Program-made: the position numbers and the translations under genes | From: Microbotryum violaceum | Lineage: Eukaryota | Assembly (NCBI GenBank): GCA_001244265.2 | Contig: CDLV01000007.1 | Location: 1,488,001-1,552,000 of the forward strand | Direction: 5' to 3' | Length of the DNA: 64,000 nt | Part shown: one piece after another, positions 37,701 to 50,399 of the stretch | Layout of the letters: each line of letters opens with the position of its first letter | Numbering within the stretch: the stretch's first letter is position 1 | Notes under the pieces: model-generated | What the model was told of the DNA's origin: nothing | Seen by the model: the letters and a program-made list of their open reading frames with translations, nothing else | Database searches by the model: none

Positions 37701-40628
37701 ATGCCATCGACGAGCGCACGAGATGGCGACAACAAGAACTTTGCATGTCCCGATGTGAGTTGCCAGAACCATAAAGCTATGTGCAGTGATTGGCCGCGGT
37801 GTGCGCGGGATTCGGTGGACCTGGCAGCATGCATCGAGCCGTCGCCTGGCTCGCTCTGGGCGTCAACTCGAAAGCTTACACACCCTTCATCTCCTCGATA
37901 GTGCGATAAGACCTTCTCCAGGCGGGAATATGTAAATCGACATGCCCGCTTGGCTCACGAAGGAGCAAGGCCGTTCCTGTGCGACGCATGCGACACCTCG
38001 TTCGCTCGATCGTAAGTTCCGCTCGAGCTCTGTAAGAGCCGCCGCCGAGTCTTGGAGCACCAATCTGCGGCTTGGCTACAGCTTAATCTTATCTCGGTAG
38101 CGCGTGTGGCCGCAGTCGACTCACGCTCGCGTTCTTTCCATCTTGTCCACAGTGACATCCTCAAGCGACACAAGACGACCTGTACCGTCATCAAACAACT
38201 CGAGCATGGCGCTGACCCGAACGATCTCGGCGAAGGTGGCGACGGCGCTGCGGTTGATCCGACTCCTCCACCCAAAAAGCGAGCTCGCCGCCAGCTCAAC
38301 AAGTCCGTCCTCCAGAGCACCCACAATGCCCACAAGTCGACAGCGAACTCTTCTTCGGAACGTCCCGTGATGTCGACGTCCGGATCCCCAATCGAAACTC
38401 CGTCGCCGATCACGGTCGCGGTCACAGCACCAGCACTGACGAGACATGCCGACTTGGCCGGGATAATAAAGTACACAGGCGATGTCGCCTTCGCCGACTA
38501 TGCTCCACCGAGCGTGTCGACCTCGTCGTGCTCGTCGTCTCTCTCGACTACAGCCACACCGTTCGGTATGTCGTCCTCCGATCTATCTCCCTTATCCTCC
38601 TGCGGTACATCATCCGGTTCCTCGGCGACGTCCCCGCAGACGCCCTCGATGTCGACTCCAGCGAGCTCGAGTTCAAGCTTCACCCAGCCCCACGTCCACA
38701 TCCCCTTATTTGGTCCGCCGCAACCGACTACCGCTATGGCGGCTTCAGCACTTTCGAGCATGTACCTCAACCCAACCCAATCGGCCTCAGCGAACCAGAC
38801 CCTGGCGCCTGGCTTCTTCCGCGCCTCGCCTTTCACCCAGGACGAAATCCTCGCCTCGGAGGTACTCGAGGACCTACTGCGCTCACCGCCGCCCCATCAC
38901 GGCACCTCCCCCGGTGGATATTTCTCCCAGTCGATCGACTTCATTCAACAGAGCAAGTCGTGTGCCGAGTCGCAACAACAGCCCCTGGCGACCGCGCTAG
39001 TCACGACACCGAGTTGGCTCGGCGACAAGTCGATGACGACGACCGAATCGGCCGAAGCGAACGACTCTTCAGGCGCTTTGGTTGGAGGGATAGGATGGGA
39101 GTATGGTGGCGTACCGATCGATCCGCTGAATAGCATCGAGTTCTCACCCGAGGCGCAAGGTTTAGCCGACTACTTCAATAAGGGTGGCGTGGGAGGTATT
39201 TCGGCGCTCGACCTAGGTTTCTACCACGAGCCGGGCCTGTGGGACCTTGCCAAGATGGAGCAGCCCGTACCGCACACCGACCGCGACCTCCAGTTCTACG
39301 TCCCTGCCCATAAGTTTTGTCTCGTGTACCTTCAACCGTGGAACGTGCCCCCAATCGCTCGACTGTCGCAATTTGCTGCGAAAGCCGCCGACGAGTTCCT
39401 GCCGACGGTCCCCGTGCTCCACGCGGGAACGACCAAGCTCTCTGAGGCGCCCGTGGCGGTGACCTTTGCCTTGACCGTCGTTGGTGCCGCTTACGCTTCC
39501 GATGGGCAAGGCTTCTCGAACGAAATGCTCGTCGAGAAGCGCACCTTCATCGTGCGCTCCTTCAACAAAGCCGATGCGACGGAGGAGAGCCGTTTCACGT
39601 TTTTGCAGTCACTTCTGCTCTACCAGTTGCTCGGCCTCTTCCATCGAGATCAAGAGCAAAGGTTGCTCGCCAACACCTTCCACTCGGCTCTTATCCTAAT
39701 GGTCCGCGAGCTCAACCTTCCAACGCACATTCGGCGGACCGTTCTTCCACTCGTGAGCGCGACCGCGATGGGCCACGAGTTGGACGAAGCTTGGAAGACG
39801 TGGGTCGAGCTCGAGACGCGTCGTCGCGTAACCTTCAGCTGCTTCCTCTGCGACCTCGAAACCGCCACGAGCTTCTCCTGCGCACCTCTACTCCCTTTTT
39901 CGGAACTCGACAGCAACCTCCCCTCTCGCGACAAAATTTGGAACGCACAGAACGCGATCGCATGGCGAGATGCGCAACAGGAACCGGCACCAACAATCAA
40001 CTTCCTCCAAGCGATCCGAGCGCTCATCGCCCCTTCCGAACCCTCTCCTTGCTCACCCGAAGGACGCTTACTCGCAGATCTCAAGCACCTCAGCTCGTTC
40101 CCGCTTTTGATCCTTTCGAGAACCCTGTCCTTCTTGCAACACAAGACGGAAGAAGCCATGAAGCAAGTCGATCCGTTCCGCAGTCTCATCAGTGGTTTCG
40201 GACTCCTCGACGATCGAGAATCCGCGAATCGGGACGTGTTGGCTCGAATTGCGCGAGGAAGAGCATGGTTGAGGTCCTTACCCGGTGGAGTCAAGCGTGG
40301 AGGAGGTGAAGGATGGTTCGAGGACGTCATGCCGACCTCTGCCAAGAGCGCGACTAGAAGGGAGGAAACCGCCACCGCGATGAAGAACAACCAGCCTTCC
40401 ATTTTTGACGACATCGATTCCATCAATCATACGGCTTTGTTCACGGACTATGCGTCAAATCCACGTTTTACTGCAACGGCATCGGCTGCAAACGCGAGTT
40501 TGAGGCTCGAGCCTATCCCTTTGTATCTCAAAGACGAGGCGTGCAAGACCAAGATTGAGAAGCTCACGACTAAACGCGCCAAAGCGCTCGCAGCCGACTT
40601 GCCTCCGGGGTGGATGCCCAACTTTTAG
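37701..40628 (+). CDS. C2H2 zinc-finger transcription factor with a fungal-specific TF (middle homology) domain
   Basis: FACPD|CDKTFSRREYVNRHARLAH..PFLCDACDTSFARS|DILKRHKTTC. Later FLPTVPVLHAGT, WKTWVELETRRRV..FLCD and LPSRDKIWNA. Confidence 0.88.
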
Positions 40629-40771
40629 GAGGGCTCAGACGACGATATCTTTTCACTGCTCTCCTAGTCTTCTTCGATGTGATCCAGATACATTGCTGTT
40701 GTAGGTGTGGAATCGGTTCGTTTCAAAACGTGTTGCGTTATTATCACCACTATATTCCCTCCCCCCCCCCG

Positions 40772-41992
40772 TCACTCCTCTGTCTTCGATGGCCTTGGCT
40801 CGACGTAGGAGACGTCAACTCTTTTTCGGGGATGTCGAGCCTTGACCCATTCGACCCTCCTCAAGAAACTCCAAGGCTGCGAATCATCCTGCAGCGCCAA
40901 CGAGTCGTCGTAGCTATCGATCTCGTACTCGATCCTCACGCCGCGCGAGTCGAACCATTGTTTCGAAAGAGGTTGAGGGAACTGGTCTTTTTCAGCGGGG
41001 TCTTGGCATCCAATAGGGAGGAAGATGGTTTCGAGGTTCGTTAAAGAGACTAGTTGAAGGAAGTCGACTATGTCTTCGACGTTGACGGAACGGTCGAAGC
41101 GGAGGTAGCGGATCGTGGTTGGGAGAGAAGGGAAATCATCGCTCCAGTCGTGGTCTTTTAAGAACTTACCCTCGAGGTTCAGAAACAATAAACCGTTCGG
41201 GTAGATGAAAGGGACGCGCAGGTCCGAAGCGGGAGAAAGCATCCGTAGTCGCGGGAATACGGCATCATCGTTTTCGTCGGAGTAGAGGTCCGGATTCAGC
41301 TCGTCGAAGATCTGCGCCAGGACTTCGGCCGAGTCAACGTAGAGCACCTCGAGGCGGTGGTCTTGGAACATGATCGCGTGGGTCGATGCGGCGATATCAA
41401 CGTCTTTAATGATGAGGGTTTCGAGTCGTTGTAGTGAGGGTTTCACGATGGGAAATTGGAAGTCGATGAGATGGGCGGGAAAACCGAGCGTCAAGTCGAC
41501 GCAGTCGAGTGTTCGGAGATCTGTCCCGACGGACGCAAGCCAGGTCAGCACCCTAAGACATCACGGTATAGTCATATACGTACTGGAAAGGCCTGGAATT
41601 TGTCTGAGATCCACGTCTTTCAAAGCGGCCAACCAGAGCTCTTGCAACTGCGCGCCACATCTCGCGAGGACCTCGTCAAATCGGTGGGGAGGGGTCCTCA
41701 TCGACGTCCCACCTCCTATCCGCAACGTCTGTACGAATCTTGTTCGAGCTTCCGACTTGGTGCTCTTGGTCAAATAATACTCCAGCCAAAGATTCGTGGT
41801 GGTTTCGTCACGCAACACGACATGTCGTTGCAGTTCGGTTTGAGCCCAGTCGGTCCAAACTCGAGCGACGAGCGCGACCGAGCGCAAGGTGGTGGACGTC
41901 TCCTGGAACGACGACCACGACGGCTCCGGCAACCAGCGTAGCAAGATGCGCTGTATAAGTTCGGTTGGGAGGCTGACACCATGGGATGACAT
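40772..41992 (-). pseudogene. F-box-like / LRR-like lineage-specific gene, possibly disrupted
   Basis: N-terminal SLPTELIQRIL..TLRSVALVARVWTDWAQTEL. The two ORFs (41561-41992 and 40772-41551) are joined only by a 31-nt GT-AG gap that gives an immediate stop. Confidence 0.5.
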
Positions 41993-43554
41993 GCTCTTTG
42001 AACACTTTTTCCCGAGGTGGGAACGCGGCTTTTCGTTCAGTGTGCGTTCATGCCTTGCGATCTAAACGAACGACCACGACGGAGTCGACGTCAACGAGGA
42101 CGGCCGTCCCGATGATGTCAGTAGCAAGCACGGCTCCTTCGCGCAACCAGAAACAGCACCTGCCAGCTGACAGAGTGGGGTGCAGGGATAGACCGACCTT
42201 GTGGGGGGGTTGTTCGGGGGGTAGTAAAGTACGATCCTTTCCGGGATTCTCCTGTAGCTCACTATGGTTGGGCATGTGGCCAAACTTGACACGGAATCCG
42301 CGCTGCCCCGCGCCCCCACCAGCTGCTTTGCGAACCGACCCGTGGCGCTGGCAAGCGTCATAAAACTTCGGGTTCGCGGTGGTCGGCAAGATGGTCGAAT
42401 CAACTTTCGTGAGTCTACAGGTGTCAGCTGGGAGATTGAGAGTTGAAGAGGGGATCCGACTGAGCGAAACTCGATTCAATGCTTTTGTTTCACCTGAGGG
42501 GCTCGGCCTGAGGTTTTAAGTTCAACGCCGTGACCTAGTAATTATAATTCCAACGTTGAACTCCGGCATTCCCACTGCAGAGCATACCGGAAGGTAGACC
42601 CCCCGGGCTGTGCAGTTCAAAAACTCCACATCTCTTGTCTCTAGTTGGAGATGTAAGCAGGCACTAAATAGCTACCTAGGTAGCTGTGGGATTCCCCTTT
42701 TCGTCCACGGCAAACGAACGCCGACGGCTGTGCCTCGCGCTGGCGCCGCCCACTCCACCCCTGGCCTAGCTGTGACGCCGCAAGGCGATGATCCCACTCC
42801 GAGTCTCGGAGCGTGCCAAACCTGCCTGATAGGTCGTTTCCGCGCCTCCCAGCCTTCTGAGCTGCACCTAGAGGTCTATCAGTCGTCCGTCCGCACCACT
42901 ACTACTAGCTACTGTCGGCACCCGGGTGTTCGACCCTCCGATCGAGTCCGACTCGAAGGAGCCTGCAGACGTCACTCGCTCACAACATGCCGCGGGGATG
43001 TGTAATCCAACCTCCGCAGTCCGTCCGGCACAAATCTAAGACTCCGGGTCTTCCCCACGAGTCTGCGCCTGATGGCACATAGGTAATAGATCTACCTAAA
43101 AGCGACTAACGAGGACGTCCAACGAGCTGGACACAGGGAACTATTTGGCTACTATGGTTAGCAAAGCGGTCGATCAAAGATGATATGAAAATGACAAGGG
43201 AAAACGAGACCGAGTACGAGAACGAAACACGCAGAAAGAGAGAACCAGCTAAGATGCTGTATCGGATCCTAGAAGTTGTCTACCTTAAGAACAAGAAGCG
43301 AACTTCCCTCCGACGCCAGGACACTCCAATCCCTCCGGGCCAGCTCCCTCCTCTTTTCCGACACTCGGCCCTCCGATTACGCCATACTTCGTCCTGATCA
43401 CGCCATACTTCGTCCTGAACTTTTATCCGCTCATGTGGCGCTAGGCCGAGTTAGCCGAATCTGCACTTCCCGACTAGGCGACTCCAGCCCGATCCCCGAG
43501 ACCACCGAATTAGCCGTCGCCCGCATGACCCGAGGACTCTGATTCAGCCGACGA

Positions 43555-43760
43555 GATCAGGAGTCCCGTCTCATTTCCGACATTGCTGCACGCGACGGGA
43601 TCCCGAGTTCCACAACGATCAGGAGTCCCATCTCATTTCTGACATCAGGAGTCTCATTTCCGACTTCAGGAGTCTCATTTCCGACTTCAGGAGTCTCATT
43701 TCCGACTTCAGGAGTCTCATTTCCGACTTTGCTGCACGCGACGGGATCCCGAGTACCACA
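43555..43760. repeat. Nested minisatellite: a 62-bp unit duplicated, the second copy carrying 4 tandem 21-bp units
   Basis: CAGGAGTCTCATTTCCGACTT at 43646, 43667, 43688 and 43709. The flanking TGCTGCACGCGACGGGATCCCGAGT occurs twice. Confidence 0.95.
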
Positions 43761-45777
43761 CTACTGCCGCGGCAGATGTAATTTCCTTGGACTGCAACTC
43801 TGCTACTACGCCGTTTTAGTCCACCATTCAAATCCGTGGTGCAAGCGCATCTCGATACGTGCACTCCAAAACTCCAAAACACCAAGGGGACCACTAGGCG
43901 AGGATCGAATCGTCAGCCCGCCTCGCCCGTTGTCAAGGGCCGGCGAGCACGATCGATCCATCGATCGATCAAGGGTCAAAGCAAAGAATCACTGGGTAAG
44001 ATCAAATGCAAGCGGTGTTGTGGACCGGGAACAACCTCAGTGACATGCCGTAGGCGCCATTCAACACTCCTCGACGAGTGGATAGGCTGATGGCAAGCCG
44101 TGACGCCGTGAAAGACGGGAAGCGAGAGATCGCAGTGAGAGGGGAGAGGTGGTGCGGGGTAAGATGATGGAGGTGGTGTGGTGAAAGACGGAGGCGAGAC
44201 GGGTGAACACGAGACGAGTCAGTCCGACCATACGCCACACGAACACGATCGCTAGCTAGATGGTTACTCACACTTTTGACAGTGGGAGGGATCGAATGAC
44301 AGACTCTACCACATCACAAAGGCCACCGTTTCGTATCCTCCTGAAAAGGGGGGCGATGTCGGCAAGAATAAGTGGTGCGAAAAGTGCAGAACGCGTTGAC
44401 GAGAAGGAAAGAAAGAGAGATAGAGAGGCAACAAGCTCAAGGTGTTCGCTGACTTGGGTGCGGGGCGTGCGCTTGGCAGAATGAGTCATCTCATCGATAT
44501 GACGCCACGCTGTGACTTCAAGCTTCCGATCTTCTCCACCTCTGCTGACTGCGGCCACGAGCGGCCGAGCGCGCCGAAAATCTGAACGGACAGGGGACCG
44601 TGCACCCCACATCGAGGCCAACGATCCACCCCTCGGAAAGACCGGATAACTGGTCGATCAAGCTCGGTCAAGTCTCAGCAAGTAAATTGAGCTACAGGGA
44701 TCACCCCAGGGTTGACATCGCCGCGATCGATACAGGGATTGTCGCTCCAGCAGCTTTGTCCGAGTTGGGACGACTCCGAACTCCGAGCCAGCCGCGAAGC
44801 CGGGTTGCGGGGCCGGCTTCACGCGAGAGCTCGAGGCTGTCATGCAAGTAGGGTGACACCCAAATACAAAGTGATATTGAAAGAAGAAAAGATACTTTTT
44901 TCACATGTACGTCGAACCATTGTTCATCAGAAAACTGGCGGGTTCTCGCTGCCTAGATCGTTGACGCTCAAGCTCCCCACTGTGGAGCACTGCGGTCTTC
45001 CGGAAGGAGGCCGCAGCCTAGTTGACCAGACTAAGATTGAGAGCAAAAATAATGAATATGGGGTACAGGCTATTTTACGGTACGATTTGAAATATTATGA
45101 TGCATCTTCTCGCATTACTCTGAGCTCGAATGTCCTTTTGCTGGACTTGCCCTCGTTTGCTTTTCGGCTCGGAGCGAGCTAGTAGGCAGCGTGGCCTTCT
45201 CAACCACCCTCGGTTCTTCGTCTTCTGCACCTGCATCTTGCACCTTGCGCCTTACACCTACACACCGCATACTCGATGACGGTCAAACATGGCCACGACT
45301 TCCTCGGTTACGCTTTAGGCGTCGTTGCAGACGCCCTTCTCTCTCGGGAGACGAACCTGAGCAGCGCGCTGGTTTCCTCGTCGGCAAGATCGATGGCAAG
45401 TCACTTCCTCAGAGCCCCTTCGCAGCCCATAACTACTCCGGGTCGATTTGCCGAGTAAAACCTAGCTGACCCTCTACGCCGTCGATCACTGAGCTCCACT
45501 CAGTCGCCATCATCGACGGCTCTACCGCGTTCAAACATCAATGCAAAGCCGCGACGGGCCGCGCGAAAAACAACGAGCCAAAGCGAGGTCACTTGGATCC
45601 GCCTTGCCGTCGCTGCAATGATCTCCTCGAGTTGTCGAATGATCGCATTGAGGAACAGCGGTAGAGCCGTCGATGATGGCGACTGAGTGGCCGCAAACCC
45701 TCTCGAGCCCTGCTGCAACATTACATCACCTCTCTCGCTAAATATCACTGTGCAAACGGCTTTGGAGAGTCGAAACT

Positions 45778-45867
45778 CTTCAAGCCCATCTTCGGTCCGG
45801 CGAACGTCAAAGCCATTCCCAGAGGTAGTCCCACGACGTAGTAAGAAATGAGGTTGAGCACGGCGCC
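45778..45867 (-). pseudogene. Isolated fragment of a MATE-family efflux transporter
   Basis: GAVLNLISYYVVGLPLGMALTFAGPKMGLK matches the C-terminal TM motif of eukaryotic MATE proteins. No other MATE exons were recognised. Confidence 0.6.
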
Positions 45868-46084
45868 TAAAGGTGCTCTAGTCGTTACGAGCTGGCGGTC
45901 ACTGGAATGCTCAGGCGTTTTGTGAGGCAGGAACGAAAACTTGCATAATGCGTTTGACATAATACACCTAGACTATACATAACCGTATAATATAGTGAAC
46001 GTGGGGAAAGAGCTGCCTTTTGAAAATCCCTAAAAATTTTGAGCCACCTGGGGTCAAATCACTGATGGAGACGAGAGATCCGAA

Positions 46085-48398
46085 TCAAACCGTACGCTTG
46101 GCGAGCTCTTCCGAAGTCAGATCGTTTTCGTGGTGCTCAACACCCGGCTTCTCGGCAGAGTAGGTCGATTGGCCGGCCATCATGTCGGCGCCACCGTCGA
46201 CGTGGTTCTTTCCGCCGAAGATGACATCCATCTCCTCGAGCTTGACCCCCCTGGTCTCGGGCAGCACGAAGATGCAGAAGATGGCTAATCCGACGTTGAT
46301 ACCGGCGAAGAGGTAGAAGGCTCGGAAACCTGCCTTGGCGAGGAATTGCGGGAAGAACTGATTCATGATGATGTTGGCGACGTTCTGGGTTTGCGTAGCG
46401 GCGCCGACAGCGTAGATGCGAACATTGAACGAGAAGACTTCGGAGGTCCAAATCCAGACGGTGGCTCCCCAGGATGGCTTGTCTGAAATACGGGACAGGA
46501 AAGCCGCAGAACATCAGCCCGAAGGTTACCAGGTGAGCTACTAGTCAGGTAGAAAGAAATTCACAGAAGAAGATGAACAAGAAGAGGAGGAAGACGATGG
46601 AGACGCCGACGGGGAGCGTCTTGCTGTCGTGCTTGGCGCCAATGAAGGGGGTTTCGCTACCGACAACAGCGACGATGAGCATGCAGAGAGCTTGACCGAT
46701 GGCACCGATGGTAAGCAGACCCTTGCGACCGAGTCGTTCGATGAAGAAGACAGCGGTCAAAGTGAAGACAATACCGAAGGTGGCGTTGAGGGCGTTGATG
46801 AGGGCGACGGTCGAGAGGTTGGTAAAGACCTTCTTGTACACAGCGGTCGAGTAAGAAACGAGCGAGCCCTGTCCAGTAAGCTGTTGTCCGGCGTTAATGA
46901 TGAGGGCGAAGATGAATCGGCGGCGGAGCGACTTGTCGGTCCACAGGAGCTTGTAAGCCGAGTAGAAACCGGTACTCTTGAGTTCGTTCTGCTCGAACTC
47001 GAGCGCCTCGCGGATCTCAAGAAGCTCAGACTCGATCTCTTCCTCGGTGTCACGGATACGGCGAAGGGCCCTGCGGGCATCGTCAACGCGACCCTTCTCG
47101 GCCAACCAACGGGGACTCTCGCAGACGAGAGGCATGGTGATCAAGAGGATGACGGGGCAGACGAGCTGGAAGATGAGGACCAGTTTCCAGTCCCATTCGC
47201 CGAGCTTGGCAGTGTGCTTGGAGGTCGCGTAGTTGATCCAGAAAGCCACGAACGCGCCGACCGAGTAGAAGAGTTGCCAGAAACCGAGGAGGCGGCCACG
47301 GACGTGAGGGCGAGTCACTTCCGAAACGTAGACGGGGCCGTTGGGGAGAGCCAAACCTTGACCGAGACCGACGATGAAGCGTCCACCGAGGAAGGCCTAA
47401 GGTGGGAGTGGTGGAAGGGAGAGGGAAAATTAGCGAGCCTGTCTCGACAGGAGTGCAGTTCGGAAGTCGGTGCGCCGGGCAAACTTACGTTGAGGTGACC
47501 ACGGGGAGCGAAAGTTTGCACGAAGGTGGCAACGATGACCAGCAAGGCACCAAGCATGATGGGGACACGGCGACCATAACGCGACGAGACCCAGGGAGCG
47601 GCGAAGAAACTGTGCAGCAAGAAACTCGAAGAGGGTGAGCATGGGCACTGGTCGCAAGTGGCACGGGCCGTGCTTGGGCGGGTCGATGGACGCGGGCCGA
47701 GGGCGGTGAAACTCACCCAGACACGATGTTACCTGATGGATGGATAAGGCACAGGGGGCTGGTAGTTAGCAGCGTGTTCTCATACAAGATAATGACCCAA
47801 TGCTGCTATATCACTCACCAACAACGTAAACACTGTTGATCGTTCTGCAGATAGAGAATGACACGTCGGGATAATTTCAACAGTAGTTAGCTGAAGGTTC
47901 GGCGCCGAGAAGCTCGCTTGGCCTCTGAATGGGTCGAGAAACGTGCGACATACCCGATTTGAGAAGGCGTAGGCTTGTTGAAGTAGGCGACCCAGTGCTT
48001 CGAGCCCTGGACGGCGTTGAAAGTCGAAGCGTCGTACTGTAGGGGAGGGGGTGGGCAACCACGAGATAGGTTCAAGGAGCTGAACATCAGCCACTGATTG
48101 CCCGCTCACGGCGCCGAGGGACGTTTCCGACGCCTAAATTTAGGCGTGTCCAGTCACACGGCAGAAGGGCATGACTCACGCCGTACAAGATCATGGCCAT
48201 GCAGGCAGCAATACCATAGCACTGTAGAAGGCGAGGGAAGAGGTGTGTCAGTAACCATGAACTACAGAACGGGGCGAGAGCGAGCCTTCGCGAGCGAGCC
48301 AGGAGCCCCGAAATCGGTCTCGCGTCTCGTGCCCGGCGGTGACGGGGCGACGGGTGACCACGACTGACCCAGTTGGTGACGGTAGTCTTGGAAGGCAT
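46085..48398 (-). CDS. MFS sugar-porter family transporter, multi-exon
   Basis: LYG|YDASTFN, SRYGRR, GRFIVGLG, PVYVSEV..RGRL, ESPRWL, QQLTGQ, ERLGRK, PSWGATVWIWTSEVF and LPETRGVKLEEMDVIF. Confidence 0.93.
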
Positions 48399-50399
48399 GG
48401 TTGGATCCTTGAGAGAAGACTTGAGTAGTTGACGACGAGGTGAGACGAGATTGATGACCTTCGATGTGGGGAAAGGATGCCTTCACGTGGAGTTCGGTGT
48501 GGAGTAAAAAGGAAAGAAGGAGGGGAGGGATTCGCTTGTCTCATGCATCTCATGTTTGATCGGCCCCGTGCTGGCCGGCAGACCACACGCAGCGCACAAG
48601 GATAGCGGAGCCCCGGATCTTGCGGCCCGGTGCCGCCGCATCCTCGCCGCCGGTCCCTGGCCAAATTGGCCCGGCCGGTATCCCGCCACAGCGTCCGCCA
48701 ATCGTAGACGCGTCCCAAAGCACTCAAGTGACCACATGGCCCGTGATTGCCAACCCTTGCACCAAGGAGCATCGGGCCCGGCCCCGGCCAGTATTGCGAC
48801 TCACGACGCGGACGACCGCCCTTCCCCCGAACCTGGGGCAACGCCAGCTGCTGCGTGACTCTAATCTTGAGCTTGGAACGTCGCTCCCCTCACGCAAGGC
48901 GGTCGATCATGCTGCAGCATGATTCGGCGTAAATGCGTACCTGGGGTAAAGATGGCAGGTAGTTGGACTGATGATCCGAGCTTTAATTACCAAGTTAGTG
49001 GTGAAGAGTAGATCCCTTCGAACTACCAGAACACGCTAGGGTAGGTTGATCAGGGGCTCTAACGACAGCTAACGAATGTCCACTAATGATTGCTCCTCCC
49101 GGCAAAACGGAATGGAAAATTAAATAGAGGTGCGCCCGCTGCCGTGGCAGTAGTAAGACGCGGACCCCGGAGCACCGGTGCGGTCAGCGGTGCTCACGGC
49201 GCGCCCAGCCGCGTTTTTCGCCGGCGCCAAAATCGCTTTCAGGATAAGTAATGGCCACTTTGGGGAGGTCTGGGGGAAGGTCTTGGGCATACCGCTGGTC
49301 GCTAGACAGGGCGTGGCATCCGAGTCATCGGCTAAAGGGATCATCGATCAAAGCGACCATTGAGCTCCAACCCCTTCCCCATTGTATCTTCGATCCCCCG
49401 TTCCATAGGGGACCCCAAGCACGCTGACGCATCACTATGCATCACTTTTGACTCTTGCAACCCCACCCCCACTCGATGCGAAACCGGCCCAGATAGTCGC
49501 CGTCGCTGCCAGCAGCCGCTCGGCTTCCGATGTCGCCTCTGCATATGTGTGCATACGTGTGCATGCACGTGCACATGAGTGCAAACCCATGCATAATTGG
49601 TTTACGTCTCATTCACGCGTCTCTGCAAGACATTGCACAGCTATGCACTCTCCTGTGCTCTCGGATCGAATCGATCATCCTCCGCGACCTGAGGTCGCGA
49701 AACCCCTTCCATCGCCCAACGTCGAGTGCACGTCGAGTCGAGGCGAAGTAGGAGCACGGCGAGGACCACAGTCCACGATAAGTGATCAACGAGACAGTTG
49801 ACGGTATGGAGCGTCACGACAGAGTGAGATTACCTACCCAGACGCGCAGTTACGCAACCTTGGTGTAGTTAGACCCGAAAAACTATTATGTGGCCCTCGA
49901 CCGCTGAGCCGCTGATCTACCTCCGAGTAAAAAACGCCTACTTGATCACAGCTGCTTTGTTCTGGAGTAAACAGGAATTCCTCTTCATTTTGGCTCCCTC
50001 GATGTCTCGTGTCGAGGCTCTCGGGTGAAGCCGCATCGGAGTTCGCAGTGAATCGCGGTGGCAGCGAGGTCGCCCCAGCTCGGGCAAGCTGCTGGAACAA
50101 CAAACACCTGTATCAATCGGGCCAACCTCGACTCTGAGGTGATCTTTAGAGCCCAACCTATATGCTGAAATTTGCACGCTTGATGAGGGGTGGATCGCTG
50201 ACCTCGATATTGGGTGCGCGGTCCCCTGTCCGTAATGTCGCTTCGGATCCGCTCCGCGCCCTGCTCGACGCTCGGCAGAAGTGGAAAGATCAGAAGCGGT
50301 GGCGTCATTGATATGACTCATCCGCTCACGCCCGACCGTGACCACCCCCAAGTCAGCCACCACATCGCACACGTCTTTTCTCTTTCTCCTCCTTTCTCC

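Noticed and set aside
42670-42685. 16-bp perfect palindrome AGCTACCTAGGTAGCT
   Set aside because: Isolated, with no associated element boundary or function that I can support.
43646-43729. CRISPR-like array
   Set aside because: The repeats are contiguous with no spacers, there are no cas genes, and the DNA is eukaryotic.
45030-45090. NNEYGVQAILRY resembling a chromodomain start
   Set aside because: The downstream aromatic-cage residues and any integrase context are missing.
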